Of a stretch of DNA of 64,000 nt, positions 1-11,069 are shown piece after piece. A program made the position numbers and the translations under genes. Numbering within the stretch: position 1 is the first letter of the stretch; every line of letters starts with the position of its first letter. The stretch comes from Phyllosticta citribraziliensis (taxonomy: Eukaryota). Where the stretch lies: positions 1,798,001-1,862,000 of the forward strand of contig NW_027117341.1 of NCBI RefSeq assembly GCF_038025025.1. Direction: 5' to 3'. The notes beneath the pieces are model-generated. The model was not told where the DNA came from. It did no database searches and saw nothing but the letters and a program-made list of their open reading frames with translations.

Positions 1-269
1 TACTCCTCTCTGGTCTTTGACTGTCCCCTGTATGAAAGCCACGCATTGTAGTATTGCCACGGGCTCGCCTTTTCCTCAACCTTTACAGCTCTTCTGTGAA
101 CCAGCGCGATATCCGCCGCCACATGCGTATGGCCCATACCAGCAAGAGAGCACCAGTGATGAAATCCAACGACAATCGTACAATGATTTGGTAATATACC
201 ATGGTGATGTTGAATAACAAGTCCAACTCTTTCCGGAGTTTGATGCCAGGCAAGAAAAGCGTAGCTTAC

Positions 270-490
270 CTCTTCCTCTTCTTCGCCTCTGGATTGTCAT
301 CCTCGTCAGGAAGCAGCCGACCGTCGGCGCCCTCGCGCAGCGTATCCTGCACGCCCTGCTCCCAGCGCTCCTTCCCGCGTCCCGAGTGTCCATTGCCGCG
401 CTTCTTGCCCTTGGCCCGCGTGCCGTAGTCGTTTGTTCGGACAACGTCGTCGTCGGAGCCGTACACGAATTCTCCGTCAGAGTCGGCCAT
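270..490 (-). CDS. SSL1: TFIIH subunit Ssl1/p44, first exon only (gene continues off the left edge)
   Basis: The N-terminus MADSDGEF...WE...EGADG...EAKKRKR resembles filamentous-fungal Ssl1 N-termini and is followed by a GTAAGC donor at 269. The vWA domain is not in the window. Confidence 0.65.
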
Positions 491-1194
491 GGTGAGGTTG
501 CTCGGCCAAGGAAGGCGAACGAGTGTGGTCGAGTGGTCAAGCTGGGGCGGCGGCTGCTACTGCCGACATGGAGTCTTGGACCAAAAACGAGCGTTGGGAG
601 CCGACGAGGTTGAACCGTGTAGAGGTGAGGTGATGCGGCGGTTCCGCGACTTTGGTCGAAATTCACGCGCGCGCGCTGGAGGCCTTCGCAAGTGTGGGCG
701 AGAGGCGCCGGCGGCGGGCGGGCAACGGGCGCAGAGACATCTGATGGAGCTGCCTGCGAGCTCGTCGGATTCTGGAACGAATCGAACGGAAGTTGGTCGG
801 TGTCGTCACCTCCCAGGCCCCGACGTGCACGTGACGGCAAAGCTTAAATCGCATCGCCGCGGACAGTCCCGCCACAAGGCACGTCGCGCGATGCAGGGTC
901 ATTTTATGTATATTTTTGGCAGGAATTTGAGTAATTACGTGCCTGTCGGCACGGTAGAATCCATTACATGTCAGGGTCTGAAGCTCGTCTTCTATCTTCG
1001 TACAAAACGTCGTGGGGGGAATAAGGTATCCATGGCCAGGTTCTTTGCCCGGCCTTTCATCTCGTAAAAAAGGCACGCCGCGCTGTGCTCCGAATCGAAA
1101 CAAAGAAAAACTTGACCGATTACTCCCAGCCGCCTTTACAACCGGTGCCAGCGCAAAAAGGCGAGTAATCAAAACGAAAACGTTAAAAGCAAAC

Positions 1195-2455
1195 TCATGC
1201 GTAAGTCGAGCCCGATACGGGCATGGGCCAGTCGTCTTCTGTGATGCTGGACCAAAACACCCACACCATGACGACGGCACAGAGGGTGAAGAGCGTCTCG
1301 AATAGCCCGCCGTTGATCTTGCCGTTTGTCGAGTTGCACAGATGCACGCTGATGACATATTGGAATATTTGGCCAATGGCAAAGAGGAGGGCGGCGCCAC
1401 CGAGGTATACTTCTGGGATTAGCCACGGATCGGACGAGGCAAACAATCAACTTACGCATCGGTCTCCTTTCTCCCAGAACCTGGATGACAAGGTAGGTTT
1501 CGACGGCGAAAAAGGCGACGAGGAAGATGAGCGGCACCAGCTGGTAGAGGGTGTAGAGGGAATAGGTGCGGTTTGGCGCGTTGAGGGTGTCGTCCCAGTA
1601 ACCCGTCCAGCTGAAGCCCGTGTCCAGCGCAATGTAGCCGGTGCCGACAAAGAAGATGGCGGCCGAGACGGCGAGCAGGCCGACGGACAGAGGGGTGCCG
1701 TCGTCGAGAAGCTGGAAGCCGACGATGCCGTTGAGGAAGAGGACCCAGATGGTTGCGACGACGGCAGCGATGTGGATGGCGCTAAAGGCCTGTCAGGTTG
1801 TCAGCGGCAAGGCCAAGGGATTCAGGGTCGGGGGATCCATTCCATACCCTTCGCACGGCACCGTCGAGGGGAAATCCGCCGACGGTGAAGATCTCACATA
1901 TGGAGATGAGGATGTAGCCAATGAGGAAGAGCTGCATTTCCCTGCGCCGTGTCAGACCTAACCAAAGTGGGCAGCCGATGGGGTGTAACGGCACCTTCTA
2001 CCGACGGCGGCTCTCTTGAGCTCGGAGCGCCATAGCAAAAGAGCGGTGACTGCAATTGCGATTCCGCAGAGTAATATGGAGCCTGTTGTGGTGGTGTTGT
2101 TGTTAGCAGTGTGCTGGCGGTGCGGAGCAGCAGCAGCACTGACCAAGATTTGCCAGGTTACGGCCGCCGCTCAACGAGATGCCCGTCAGGTCGCACCCGT
2201 CGAAACCGGTGCCGCCGCGCGCAGGAGACTCGTTGAAGAGCTATTTCGGACGTGTCAGCGGTGGCAGAGCAGGGTTGGTGGGAGAGCGAGCGTGTCGGAC
2301 GCACATTGCAGACTGTGGGCGGACGGGCGGTCAGCGTTAATTCCGGGGATTGGGGGAGAAATGTAGATCTGGAGAGACGAACCAGGAATTGTGGCAGCTC
2401 TGCTGCCCGAGTCGCGACAAAAGTCGTGGAAATTGCCATAGGCGGTCGAGGGCAT
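1195..2455 (-). CDS. CHS7: Chitin synthase export chaperone Chs7 (multi-exon)
   Basis: Starts MPSTAYGNFHDFCRDS. Internal exons give ...KRAAVGRR-EMQLFLIGYILISICEIFTVGGFPLD and YLVIQVLGERRPM. Ends GLFETLFTLCAVVMVWVFWSSITEDDWP. These are typical Chs7 motifs, separated by GT-AG introns. Confidence 0.92.
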
Positions 2456-2683
2456 TCTCGCGAGTGAAGTTGGCCCTTGGGCGCGAGAGAGGACGGGCGA
2501 CGACGGAGGGTGGGGGAGAGCGAAACCAGGCTGGCTCCGTCGCGAGGGCGAGCCGTGGCAGTGGACGATGGGCTACCTCAGGATGGAGACGGATGGCGAT
2601 GGGCGAGGCGAGGTGAGGTGAGGAGAGGACAAACGAGCGGGAGGGTGGGAGCGAGAGAGGACTGGTGCGGTGGTGGTGAGTCG

Positions 2684-2790
2684 ACAGAGCAGAGCAGAAC
2701 AGAGCAGAGCAGTTGGCGCAGCGCAGAGAGAGACGAGAGCAAAGCAAAGCAAAGCACGGTTCCAGTTGGCGCTGGGCTGGGCTGGGCTGC
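2684..2790. repeat. Pentanucleotide microsatellite cluster (AGAGC)n/(AAAGC)n/(GGGCT)n upstream of CHS7
   Basis: Short tandem repeats visible directly in the sequence. Confidence 0.8.
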
Positions 2791-3998
2791 TGCCGTGGGT
2801 GAAGAGCAGGGGTCGCTGGCCTCTTGAGCGCGCTAACCCACAGCAACGCAACCTGAACCCGACCCGACCAAAAGCGGATGAGGTGGGTGGCTGCCGGCGG
2901 TGAGGACAATCGAAGCTCGGCGGAGGCTGGCGACAAAGTCAAAGCGACGTCTCTCTGACACGCTCTTCGTTGTTGTTGTTGCTGTTGTTGTTCGCCATGG
3001 TCAATGACAGGCTAGCAGTCTCCTCCAGTCTCCTCAGCACCCTCACCTCACACTACATACACACCTACATCCACTACGACCACTACGCCCACTACGGCAC
3101 CGCCCACCCGGAACCCAACCAACATGTTCCCGGCCAACCTAATCGCCTTGAGCCCAACCTCGTCCACCTCTCCATCACGACAATCGCCATGGCCAATTGC
3201 TCACCATTACATTAATCCTGTTCTCCGCCGCCTTACCGTCTGCGTCCTCCGCTCCGGACATGTACCTTGCAGCGAAACCAGGCCCACGCCCCCTTGGCGC
3301 TCCCGTCGCCGTCGCCGTCGCCATCGCCGTCAAACGCTCCCTTTGTGCCCACGGCGCCCAACTGTGGCTGTCTCTTGTCGACCTTTTTGCGCCCGTGCCT
3401 GACGAGTGCGACTGATCAATTGTCTTATGTTGGTCCCGATCCCAATTCTCCTCCACCGTCACCAGAGACCACCATGAAACGGCGCCCTTTTGCCGTCGCC
3501 GTTATGCACCCACACTCCCCTAGCCGCCACGCCCAAACTCGTCTGGCTGCGTCCCCGACACGGCAGTGGCTCCGTATGACGATTGGTTGCGCCTCACTTC
3601 ATTTCCCCTTCCTTGGTGGTCCACTCTCGCCAGGAGAACGTGCAACCTCTGCGCGTCCCTTTGTCGACGGCTGACCCAATAGTCCACCACACTATTTCGC
3701 TCCTAATTACCGGCTGGACACACACGATTCGGCTAGTCTTGCCATCATCGCCCGTCCATCTACAACGTCTGCGCCCCCCGTCGGCCGCTCCTTCATCTGC
3801 TGAAACAATCTCGACTTGATCATCGCCGGCAAGAAAATAATGCACCCGCGAACAAGCGCATTGTTTTTCAGGCGATCTGCAGTCAAAAGGCCATGGCATC
3901 CCCGTCTTTTCTTCGACCTGGCTTCGATCGACGCCGGGGCCTTGCAGACCCACAAGCGACTGACCACAAGCGACTGACCACGCCCAACAGCTGCCAAC

Positions 3999-4289
3999 AT
4001 GGACTTCTCGAAGGACCTGTTCGGCATGCGCGACGTCGTCATCGTCGCCATGTTCATCTGGTTCTTTGCTGCCACGATCGCTGCCAAAACGCGCAAGACC
4101 CCCCAGACCCCCCCCTCCCCCACGACCCCTGTGATCCCACCCGCTCCCGTTCCCGCTCCCCAGCCCCGCCCGAGGTCCAGCACTGATGTCATTCGCGACA
4201 ACCACTCCATCTCCGTCTTTCGTCGTTCTCTTGCTGTCGATGGTATCCCTCCGGCTGACGATTGCGCGGTTTACAGTGATAGCGATTAG
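3999..4289 (+). CDS. Hypothetical 96-aa protein with one TM helix and a Pro-rich linker
   Basis: ATG in caacATGg context, hydrophobic VVIVAMFIWFFAATIAA, then a Pro/Thr-rich stretch; GC3-rich codons. No recognised homolog. Confidence 0.5.
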   Translation: MDFSKDLFGMRDVVIVAMFIWFFAATIAAKTRKTPQTPPSPTTPVIPPAPVPAPQPRPRSSTDVIRDNHSISVFRRSLAVDGIPPADDCAVYSDSD

Positions 4290-4707
4290 GTGGTAGGCTG
4301 AGATGAGCACGACGCGGTAGGTTTCCAGACGTAGGTCACTTCTTCACCAGATTGTCACAGAAGTACGGGTAGGTAGGTTTCACTTCACCAGGTTGTCTCA
4401 GAAGTAGGTCGATTCGTAGAATGCAACTCCTTTTTCATTGACCATTAGGAGGTAAGTAAGTGCTGAAGGTAAGTGATTCGTCCATGTCAAGAAAAATACC
4501 ATGTCAAGAAAAACACCAAAGAAGGAATCAACAGTGCGAACAACCACACGTCACACCACAAGACCACAAGAAACCTAATCGATAACAATACATGGAATTA
4601 TTGTCTACTTCTCTTCATCTCAGACTCATCGTACACCATACCTCAAAGGACAAAAGGAAAAAATATCATCAATCGCGTCCTCATGAGTTGGGCCAGGACA
4701 GCGCCGG

Positions 4708-4880
4708 GCCCTTGAACTTCATCTTGTCGATCCTCCAGCGACCAACCTCCGCATGAAGCGGGTGACCAGAGGGGCCTCCCTCCCTTGAACTTCATCTTGT
4801 CGATCCTCCAGCGACCAATCTCCGCGTGAAGCGGGTGACCAGAGGGGCCTTCCCCCCTTGAACTTCATCTTGTCGATCCC
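4708..4880. repeat. 73-bp tandem repeat, ~2.3 copies
   Basis: CTTGAACTTCATCTTGTCGATCC recurs at 4711, 4784 and 4857 (period 73), and the intervening sequence is near-identical. Confidence 0.95.
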
Positions 4881-5708
4881 CCAGCAACCAGTGACACAGT
4901 AATGGAGAATGTCCTCCTCGACGCACGCACGCACCCCACACATCCCTTTGTTATTTCGGTACGGCGTGCGTGACGCCGCCGAGGCGAGGTTGCGCATCTC
5001 GGTTCCTCGGGGATGTGCTGCTGCTGCTGCTCCCCCTCCTGCGGTGCGTCAAGCTAGGGGTCCGGCCAAGGCGGAGGCCGAGAGTGAGAAGGTGGGTGGA
5101 CAGGCGGTCGTAGTGCCATGTCGGATGGGTGGGTGTGTCGCTGTTTGATGCGAGGAGGATGGACGGCGGATGGAAGCGCTTTTAATATGTGAAAGACTTT
5201 GTGGTCGATGGTGTTGTGCGTGGATTAAGGCGTTGTTTGGGAGGTTGGGGGGAGAGGAGAGGCGTGGATTGTTGGGTGACTTGGGTGAGTTGTTTGTTCA
5301 TAATGTGTTATGGGGTTGGCTTTGCACTGACTGACTTGGACTGGATAGGGGGTTTGGTGGTTGGTGGTCTGCACGCTGGCTGGCTAGCAGACAGGGTTGG
5401 GTGCTTCTTGAGAGGAACTCCTGACGGCTCGCCACAAAAGGGGTATGTGTATCCTGTCTCGAACCCTTTGATCACTATCACTTCACGACCACAAGACGTT
5501 CATGGAAACTAATTTCGGAACAGATTCTATTGCTCTCTATCCTATTCTATGACCACACCGAAAATGCGAAAAGGGGTGAATCTCGCGTACACTGCTATAC
5601 TCCGAACCAGGTACCAATCTAAAACCAAAAGAGCAAAGGAAAAGCAGATCTCACAGCAAGGGCTCACCTCTCTCTCAGAACTCATCCCCCGTCTCATCCC
5701 ATCTCATC

Positions 5709-6254
5709 TCACTTACCCACCCTACGGCGGCGTGAAATGACATCAGGCGTCTCCCAAAGGAACTCAACAAACAGCCTCAGCACGCCCAACTTCTCCAACC
5801 TCGTCACCGACCCGGGAAAGCCTCCCGTACGTACCTCTTCGGCCAGCAAGCGCAGCAGCTTTGCCGCGAGCAGGCACAGCGTGCCCAGATGGCGCCAAAA
5901 GGTCTCGCGCTTCTCGCGCAACAGCGCGCGGTGCTCTGGCGACCGGGGGCCGGCGAGTCCGCATTCCTGCCACAGCAGCGCGGCCAGCGGCGACAGCCAC
6001 AGCCACAGCAGCAGCAGCGCGGCGCCGCCGACGCGGATGCAGCACGCAGCGCTGGTCAGCGCCGTGGTGGCCCAGCGGCAGGCGAGCGCCCCGTGCGTGT
6101 GGGCTAGGTGCGCCGCGAGCAGGCACAGGACAGCTACGCCGGTCACGGTGGCGTCGTCGGCGCGCGTGGGGCGGGCGCCAGTGTGCTATGCGGTGTACAG
6201 CCAGAACTCTACGCTGATGGATAGCAGGAGGCTGGCGTGGAGGGGGCGCACCAT
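5709..6254 (-). pseudogene. Hydrophobic ORF interrupted by one in-frame TAG (6186-6188)
   Basis: aaaATGg at 6254 reads MVRPLHASLLLSISVEFWLYTA*HTGARPTRADDATVTGVAVLCLL..., in frame with the 145-aa ORF ending at 5709. Confidence 0.45.
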
Positions 6255-7062
6255 TTTGAGTGGCGCGGGGTTTTGGTGGGTTTATGGGTGGAAAGGGAAG
6301 AAAAGGGAAGAAGAAAAAAGAGGAGAGTAGGGGGATCGTGTGCGTTTTACAGGGGAAGCGGGACAAGAGGTGCGTGTTGTGTGTACGAGGAGAAGCTGTT
6401 CGTGGTGTGCTGACTCTGCCTGGATTTGATCTTAGATGTCAGGTCGGATACTTCTCCCGCGCGCAACTCCCAAAGAAAGTTGAGGAGACTCGTCTCGATG
6501 AGATATGCACTGGTGTAAGTCTCTTGATTGATGTTCTTTCTTCTTCAAAGCACACTACTCTCTTCTTTTCTCTATTCCCTCTTTCACATTCTCTGCCGTT
6601 GGCGTCACATCATGTCGTGTACGGAGAAGATGACTTTACAATTGAGAGGATATCAGGGGTGGTAGCATCGGTGAGCGAACTTCACATGGTGTTGTTGTGG
6701 TATGCTCACGTCACCGTTCTTTACCTACATTAGAGCCGCAACGTCTCTTCCTTACACGAAGTTGCCATGCTATCCTGCAACAATGCGCCCAACACGCACG
6801 GCGCCAGACATTGTTCAAGATATCTTGACAAAGCCTCAGGGCGCCTTGGCGTCGTTGTCGTCGCATTGTTCACCCGCTTTGTTGCATTGTTCACTCCGAC
6901 CGCGATATATACCCAACCACAACGACCCCAACGGCATCGACCCAAACTAAACGACATATTCAACACATCGCGCCCCGTTGAGCGGAACCAGATATACCCA
7001 CGCACAGGAAGCAGGCTGCGCCTCAACTTTCCTGCCGTCTCTAATCGAGTAAAGTACGATAC

Positions 7063-7093
7063 TACCTACCTACCTACCTACCTACCTACCTAC
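7063..7093. repeat. (TACC)n microsatellite
   Basis: Tetranucleotide run seen directly. Confidence 0.9.
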
Positions 7094-7141
7094 ACTGTAA
7101 GTTCCTGCTTCCCTCTCTTTCGACGATTCAAACCAGACGCT

Positions 7142-8749
7142 ATGGCGGAGTACGACGACTTTTCCTCCCCCCTCTCCTATTTCCAAATCTTATGCTGGCT
7201 GGCTGCGGTGGGTTTCCTTCTTACGGGTATCTTTGGCAGTGGATGGTTTAACTTCTCTCCTTACTCTCGGCTTTGCCCGTGCCAGAACTGTATCCCCCAC
7301 CACAACGCGCAGACTCGGCCTCAGCCTCAGCCTCAGCCTCAAGCTCAACCTCAAGCGCAGCAACCTCAAGTGCAGACTCAGATTCAGACTCAGCCTCAGG
7401 CGCAACCTCAAGCGGAACCTCAAGCGGAATCTCAAGCGGAGCCTCAAGCGGAACCTCAAGTGCAGCCTCAAGCGGAGCCTCAAGCGCAAACCCAGAGTCC
7501 TCCCTTGACGCCAGAGGCCGCAACCGTCGGCCAGCCTCAGCCTCAATTCCAGGCCGGAGAACAACTCCCCACTCCCCCTCGTCCCCTTCTCGTCCCCACT
7601 CGCCCTCGGCTCCGTCTGATCACCCCCGGCCAGGCCCCTCGCGGCCAGATTCCACAACCGCCATGGAGAGGCCCCAACTTCCGCCCCGTCGCGGGCCCGG
7701 TCGAACGGGCGCTGGTGGCCGGCGCGTTGCGCATCCGGGAAGCGCAGCGAAATGCGGCAGCGCCGCAAGCTGCTGCGACGAGGCCGGCGGCTGCGCCGCA
7801 AGGAACCCAAGTGCCTGCTGCTGGTACAGCACAGCCTGGGAATGACAATCGTGGCACCGCTACGCCGGCGGCTGCCCCTGTGACTCCGGCCCCTGTGGCG
7901 CCAGCTCCCGCGGCTCCTGAGCCCGCTGTGGCGGACTCGAGGATCCGAGAAACTGATTTGATTCAGCCGCTGTTGTTCGTTGGGTCTGTGAACGTTGGCT
8001 CCCCGGTGGAGTCGGCGTGGAATACGGGTGCTAATGGCCTTTTTGCTGGAGGACGGCCTATGTTTGGTCGCGGAATACAGATTGGCAATAATGATGGCAA
8101 CAACAACGCCAGCAACAACAATTATAATGGCGGCGGCGACGGCAATGGAAGTGGTAACGGTGCAACGCCGCCTCCGCCTCCCCCTCCCCCAGCTGCTGCA
8201 CCGCAAGACGAGAACAACAATGGCACGACCCCAGAACTTGACGGACAGGCTGCGGTAGACGGTGGGAATGAGAAAGCACCACCTGCTGCACCACCACAAG
8301 GCGAGAACAACAATGGCACAATCCCAGAACCTGAGGGACAGACGCTGATAGGCGATCCCAATGGCTTCTGGCTGAGAAGCCGCGCAATCGACCCAGAGGA
8401 CGCAGGCGTCAATGTCGACACGCAGTGGAACCCATTGGACGACGTGCAAGTCACCAACAACCCCGACTTCGAAGACGGCGACGACGTCGTCATGATGAAC
8501 GTCGACGACGAAATCGAACGGCAGATGGAAGCGCAGTTTTACGGGCGCTGGTTGACCGGCAGATTCACCCAGGACGAAATGCATCGCTACTCTCAAGGCG
8601 AGGCGCTGAGTGGGACAACCAACGTGACTGCGGCTGCATTGCAGAGGTATTTTAGGAGGTGGCAGCGCGAATTCCAGGCTGGTTTGACTGGCGCGGGTGG
8701 TGCAGATGCTGGCCAGGGGGATGCCCCTCAGGGGTTTAGAGATGTGTAA
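7142..8749 (+). CDS. Hypothetical ~535-aa protein: N-terminal TM helix, then a Q/P/A/E repeat and low-complexity regions
   Basis: Long intronless ORF (open from 6767). Most likely start is MAEYDDF at 7142, followed by hydrophobic ILCWLAAVGFLLTGIFG. Confidence 0.7.
   Translation: MAEYDDFSSPLSYFQILCWLAAVGFLLTGIFGSGWFNFSPYSRLCPCQNCIPHHNAQTRPQPQPQPQAQPQAQQPQVQTQIQTQPQAQPQAEPQAESQAEPQAEPQVQPQAEPQAQTQSPPLTPEAATVGQPQPQFQAGEQLPTPPRPLLVPTRPRLRLITPGQAPRGQIPQPPWRGPNFRPVAGPVERALVAGALRIREAQRNAAAPQAAATRPAAAPQGTQVPAAGTAQPGNDNRGTATPAAAPVTPAPVAPAPAAPEPAVADSRIRETDLIQPLLFVGSVNVGSPVESAWNTGANGLFAGGRPMFGRGIQIGNNDGNNNASNNNYNGGGDGNGSGNGATPPPPPPPPAAAPQDENNNGTTPELDGQAAVDGGNEKAPPAAPPQGENNNGTIPEPEGQTLIGDPNGFWLRSRAIDPEDAGVNVDTQWNPLDDVQVTNNPDFEDGDDVVMMNVDDEIERQMEAQFYGRWLTGRFTQDEMHRYSQGEALSGTTNVTAAALQRYFRRWQREFQAGLTGAGGADAGQGDAPQGFRDV
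7319..7490 (+). repeat. Coding 6/12-bp minisatellite (CCTCAG / CCTCAAGCGGAA) encoding QP/QAEP repeats
   Basis: Repeat units seen directly. Confidence 0.9.
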
Positions 8750-8945
8750 ATGGAATAGGAAAGTTTCCTCGAGAGGTAAGTCTGTGAGTAATGAACCAGG
8801 TAAGTCAGTCATGTTCTTGCTTCGACTTACAATGAGTGAGTCGGGACGCCGACATGTCGCATTCGAACAACGCCATTGTCCTCGGACCCACCGTGTATAA
8901 GAGCTCCTTGCACCCCCAATAGATTCTTCCCCACCAACCTTTCCA

Positions 8946-9383
8946 ATGGCCGAGTCCCTGCTACTACCAGCAGTCCGCGGACTGGGGCTCGCCGTGGAGC
9001 TCGTCATGGTCTTTACCTTCCTCTTCTTCCTTTGCCTCGCGATCGGCACCACCGTCATCCTCCTCCAACGTGCCCTCTTCGCCCTCGTGTACTTCTACAT
9101 CGTCGCCCCCGCGGCGCAGATGTATCGTCGCCAGACGCAGAGGCTGGCCGCATGGTACCATCAAACGACCCACGGCTGGATCATGGCTATGCAGGATCGC
9201 AGACTCAGGCGCGAGATGAACGCGCGAGGAACGCCGAGTCCGCAGCAGGAGAGCCAGCAGGAGAGTATCCTTGACAGCTTGACGCGCCCGCGTGAGGATA
9301 TCGCTGAGATGCGTATGCGCATTATCCGCACCGCCGACGAGAAGCGTAGGATGAGGGAGGCGGGCATCTTGACGTACATGTAA
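8946..9383 (+). CDS. Hypothetical 145-aa membrane protein
   Basis: ccaATGg start, long hydrophobic N-terminal half, charged C-terminal half, GC3-rich codons. Confidence 0.65.
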   Translation: MAESLLLPAVRGLGLAVELVMVFTFLFFLCLAIGTTVILLQRALFALVYFYIVAPAAQMYRRQTQRLAAWYHQTTHGWIMAMQDRRLRREMNARGTPSPQQESQQESILDSLTRPREDIAEMRMRIIRTADEKRRMREAGILTYM

Positions 9384-10248
9384 GCGAGAGGCGGCGTATA
9401 CAGGTGGACATGTTGGCCGCGCGCGTTGAAATTCGCAAATTGCTGGGCGCGTGGATTTCCTGGTCGACAGTCAGTCCTGGGTAGCTTGGGCGTTCGGGAG
9501 TAGGCTGTTTTTGGGAGTTGAGATTCAGCATAGACAGAAATTGAGTGTGTTTCCTGAATTTTGACGCGTACAGTGGAAGTGACTTGGACTTTCGAGATGT
9601 TTGCTTCTTGTGGCGATTCGAAGCGTGTCGATGGAGAAAGATCATCGGGGAAGGGCGCTGGTTGAGGGTTCTGGCGTCATGGATTGATTGACTGTGGTGC
9701 TTCGTTGCTTTGTTCAACTGGCCCAAATTTCCTCTTCTTCCCTTTCGGTTAAGAACACGACCGGCCCCGCCACCCTGGCCATCTCTCTGGGATGCTTCGT
9801 CCGTTGGCACATACCCCTGAATGGAGAGATATATATTTGACAGCGTCGACCGCCTAGATCACCGCAGTGCTCTGGGGAGGCCGTCGCTGTCTTCCTCTTC
9901 GCCACGATCCTCTCTGCCGTCACACTTCGCCAAGTCATCTGACTGCACAAATTTGTCATTCGTTGCCTTCCAGGCCGCGAGGTAGACGATGCTTCTCCCA
10001 AGCCGTCTACTTTTGGCGAATGTGTGCCCTCCCCTTCTGCATGGTCTTGCAGTGCATGTAGTATACTTGCGCTGTAGCCTCTACCTGACTGACAATTCTT
10101 TCCAGGTTACCCAGCTTCACGAGTACCTTATATGAAGTCTCTCTATAGATTCTCAGCATTATTCGAATACAACGTCCTTGCTTCCGTAAATGTCTTGGTA
10201 TAAGGGTTCTTCGCCGTCCTCCAAGTAAGCCACTTTCACCAAGCAAAG

Positions 10249-10461
10249 ATGGATCGACTACGCCAGCTTGCACTTCTTTCTGTCCGCGTTGCTTCCCTCG
10301 GTTGGTGGGCCGTTCGGGCCACCATGGATGTCCTTTTCCCTTCGCGTGAGATTGGGCCAACCAATCTCACCCCACCAACTTACCTGACGGTTCTTAAACC
10401 TGACGGCACCAACGAGCTCAGGCGCATGCCTGATGCCAAGATGTGGAACGAGGAAGAGTGA
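10249..10461 (+). CDS. Small orphan protein, DG-motif family member 1 (70 aa)
   Basis: Ends ...PTYLTVLKPDGTNELRRMP.... Start context accaagcaaagATG is shared with 11361. TATAA at ~10199. Confidence 0.6.
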   Translation: MDRLRQLALLSVRVASLGWWAVRATMDVLFPSREIGPTNLTPPTYLTVLKPDGTNELRRMPDAKMWNEEE

Positions 10462-10874
10462 TGGAAAGCAGGACATGGTGAGGGAAGCATAGTATACATG
10501 GTAAGTCCACCACCGGGAGTTTGCTGAAGTTCCGTCGGAGTTGACTGTGGTTTTCCCTTTCCAACACGACAGAAGTTGCCCCTTTCTTTACGAGATTCGG
10601 AGAGAGTGTGTAGAGAAATAAAGACCTTTTTCACTGAGCTCCTTGAGCATTCATATCCCTTTGTCCGCTTGTCTTTTGCTGTGCGCATCGTATTATGGCA
10701 TTCCGGCGCCCCTGACTGACAAATTATTTCAGCCTGGTGCTGTGCTCAGCACGACAAGAAAAAGAGTGTCCGCGAGTCACCATCATTATCCAAAGATAGC
10801 GTCGTTGTTCCCGAGGAATATGTGGCATATTGAACGTGAATTTCTCCTGTCTATACTCCAACCACCACGCAAAG

Positions 10875-11069
10875 ATGGATCAAATTTTGCAGGTCATTCT
10901 GTTCCCAGGCCGTCTAGACCGCGTGGACCTTCCTCTTCCCAGAGGAAGTGGCGTCCCCCTAGTCCTTTACTCCACTGACTTATCTGGGCTAGGAGAATGC
11001 CTCAGGCCGAGATCTGGTATGAGGAGGAATGCTCCCGTGGAAGAGTGGACCGCCTTTGGGCGGAGTTGA
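10875..11069 (+). CDS. Possible degenerate member of the same family (64 aa; lacks the DG motif)
   Basis: Start context gcaaagATGGATC is identical to 10249. ILFPGRL resembles VLFPSRE and LLPGRL in the neighbours. Confidence 0.35.
   Translation: MDQILQVILFPGRLDRVDLPLPRGSGVPLVLYSTDLSGLGECLRPRSGMRRNAPVEEWTAFGRS

Noticed and set aside
150..245. Box C-like GTGATGA on the + strand
   Set aside because: It is antisense to the host gene and has no matching CTGA box D.
3124..3819. Several overlapping 70-135-aa ORFs upstream of the 3999 ORF
   Set aside because: No consistent frame, start context or motif; compatible with C-rich non-coding DNA.
4708..4880. Regularly spaced repeats resembling a CRISPR array
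   Set aside because: The sequence between repeats is itself repeated, so there are no unique spacers. The context is eukaryotic and there are no cas genes.
7190..9058. 622-aa minus-strand ORF with LRLRLR repeats
   Set aside because: Antisense shadow of the QP-repeat gene; the repeat simply lacks stop codons on this strand.
9841..10077. Frame reading EAVAVFLFATILSAVTLRQVI*LHKFVIRCLPGRE, a possible relic of the microprotein family
   Set aside because: No start codon, an internal stop, and only a 4-5 residue resemblance. Too weak to call.
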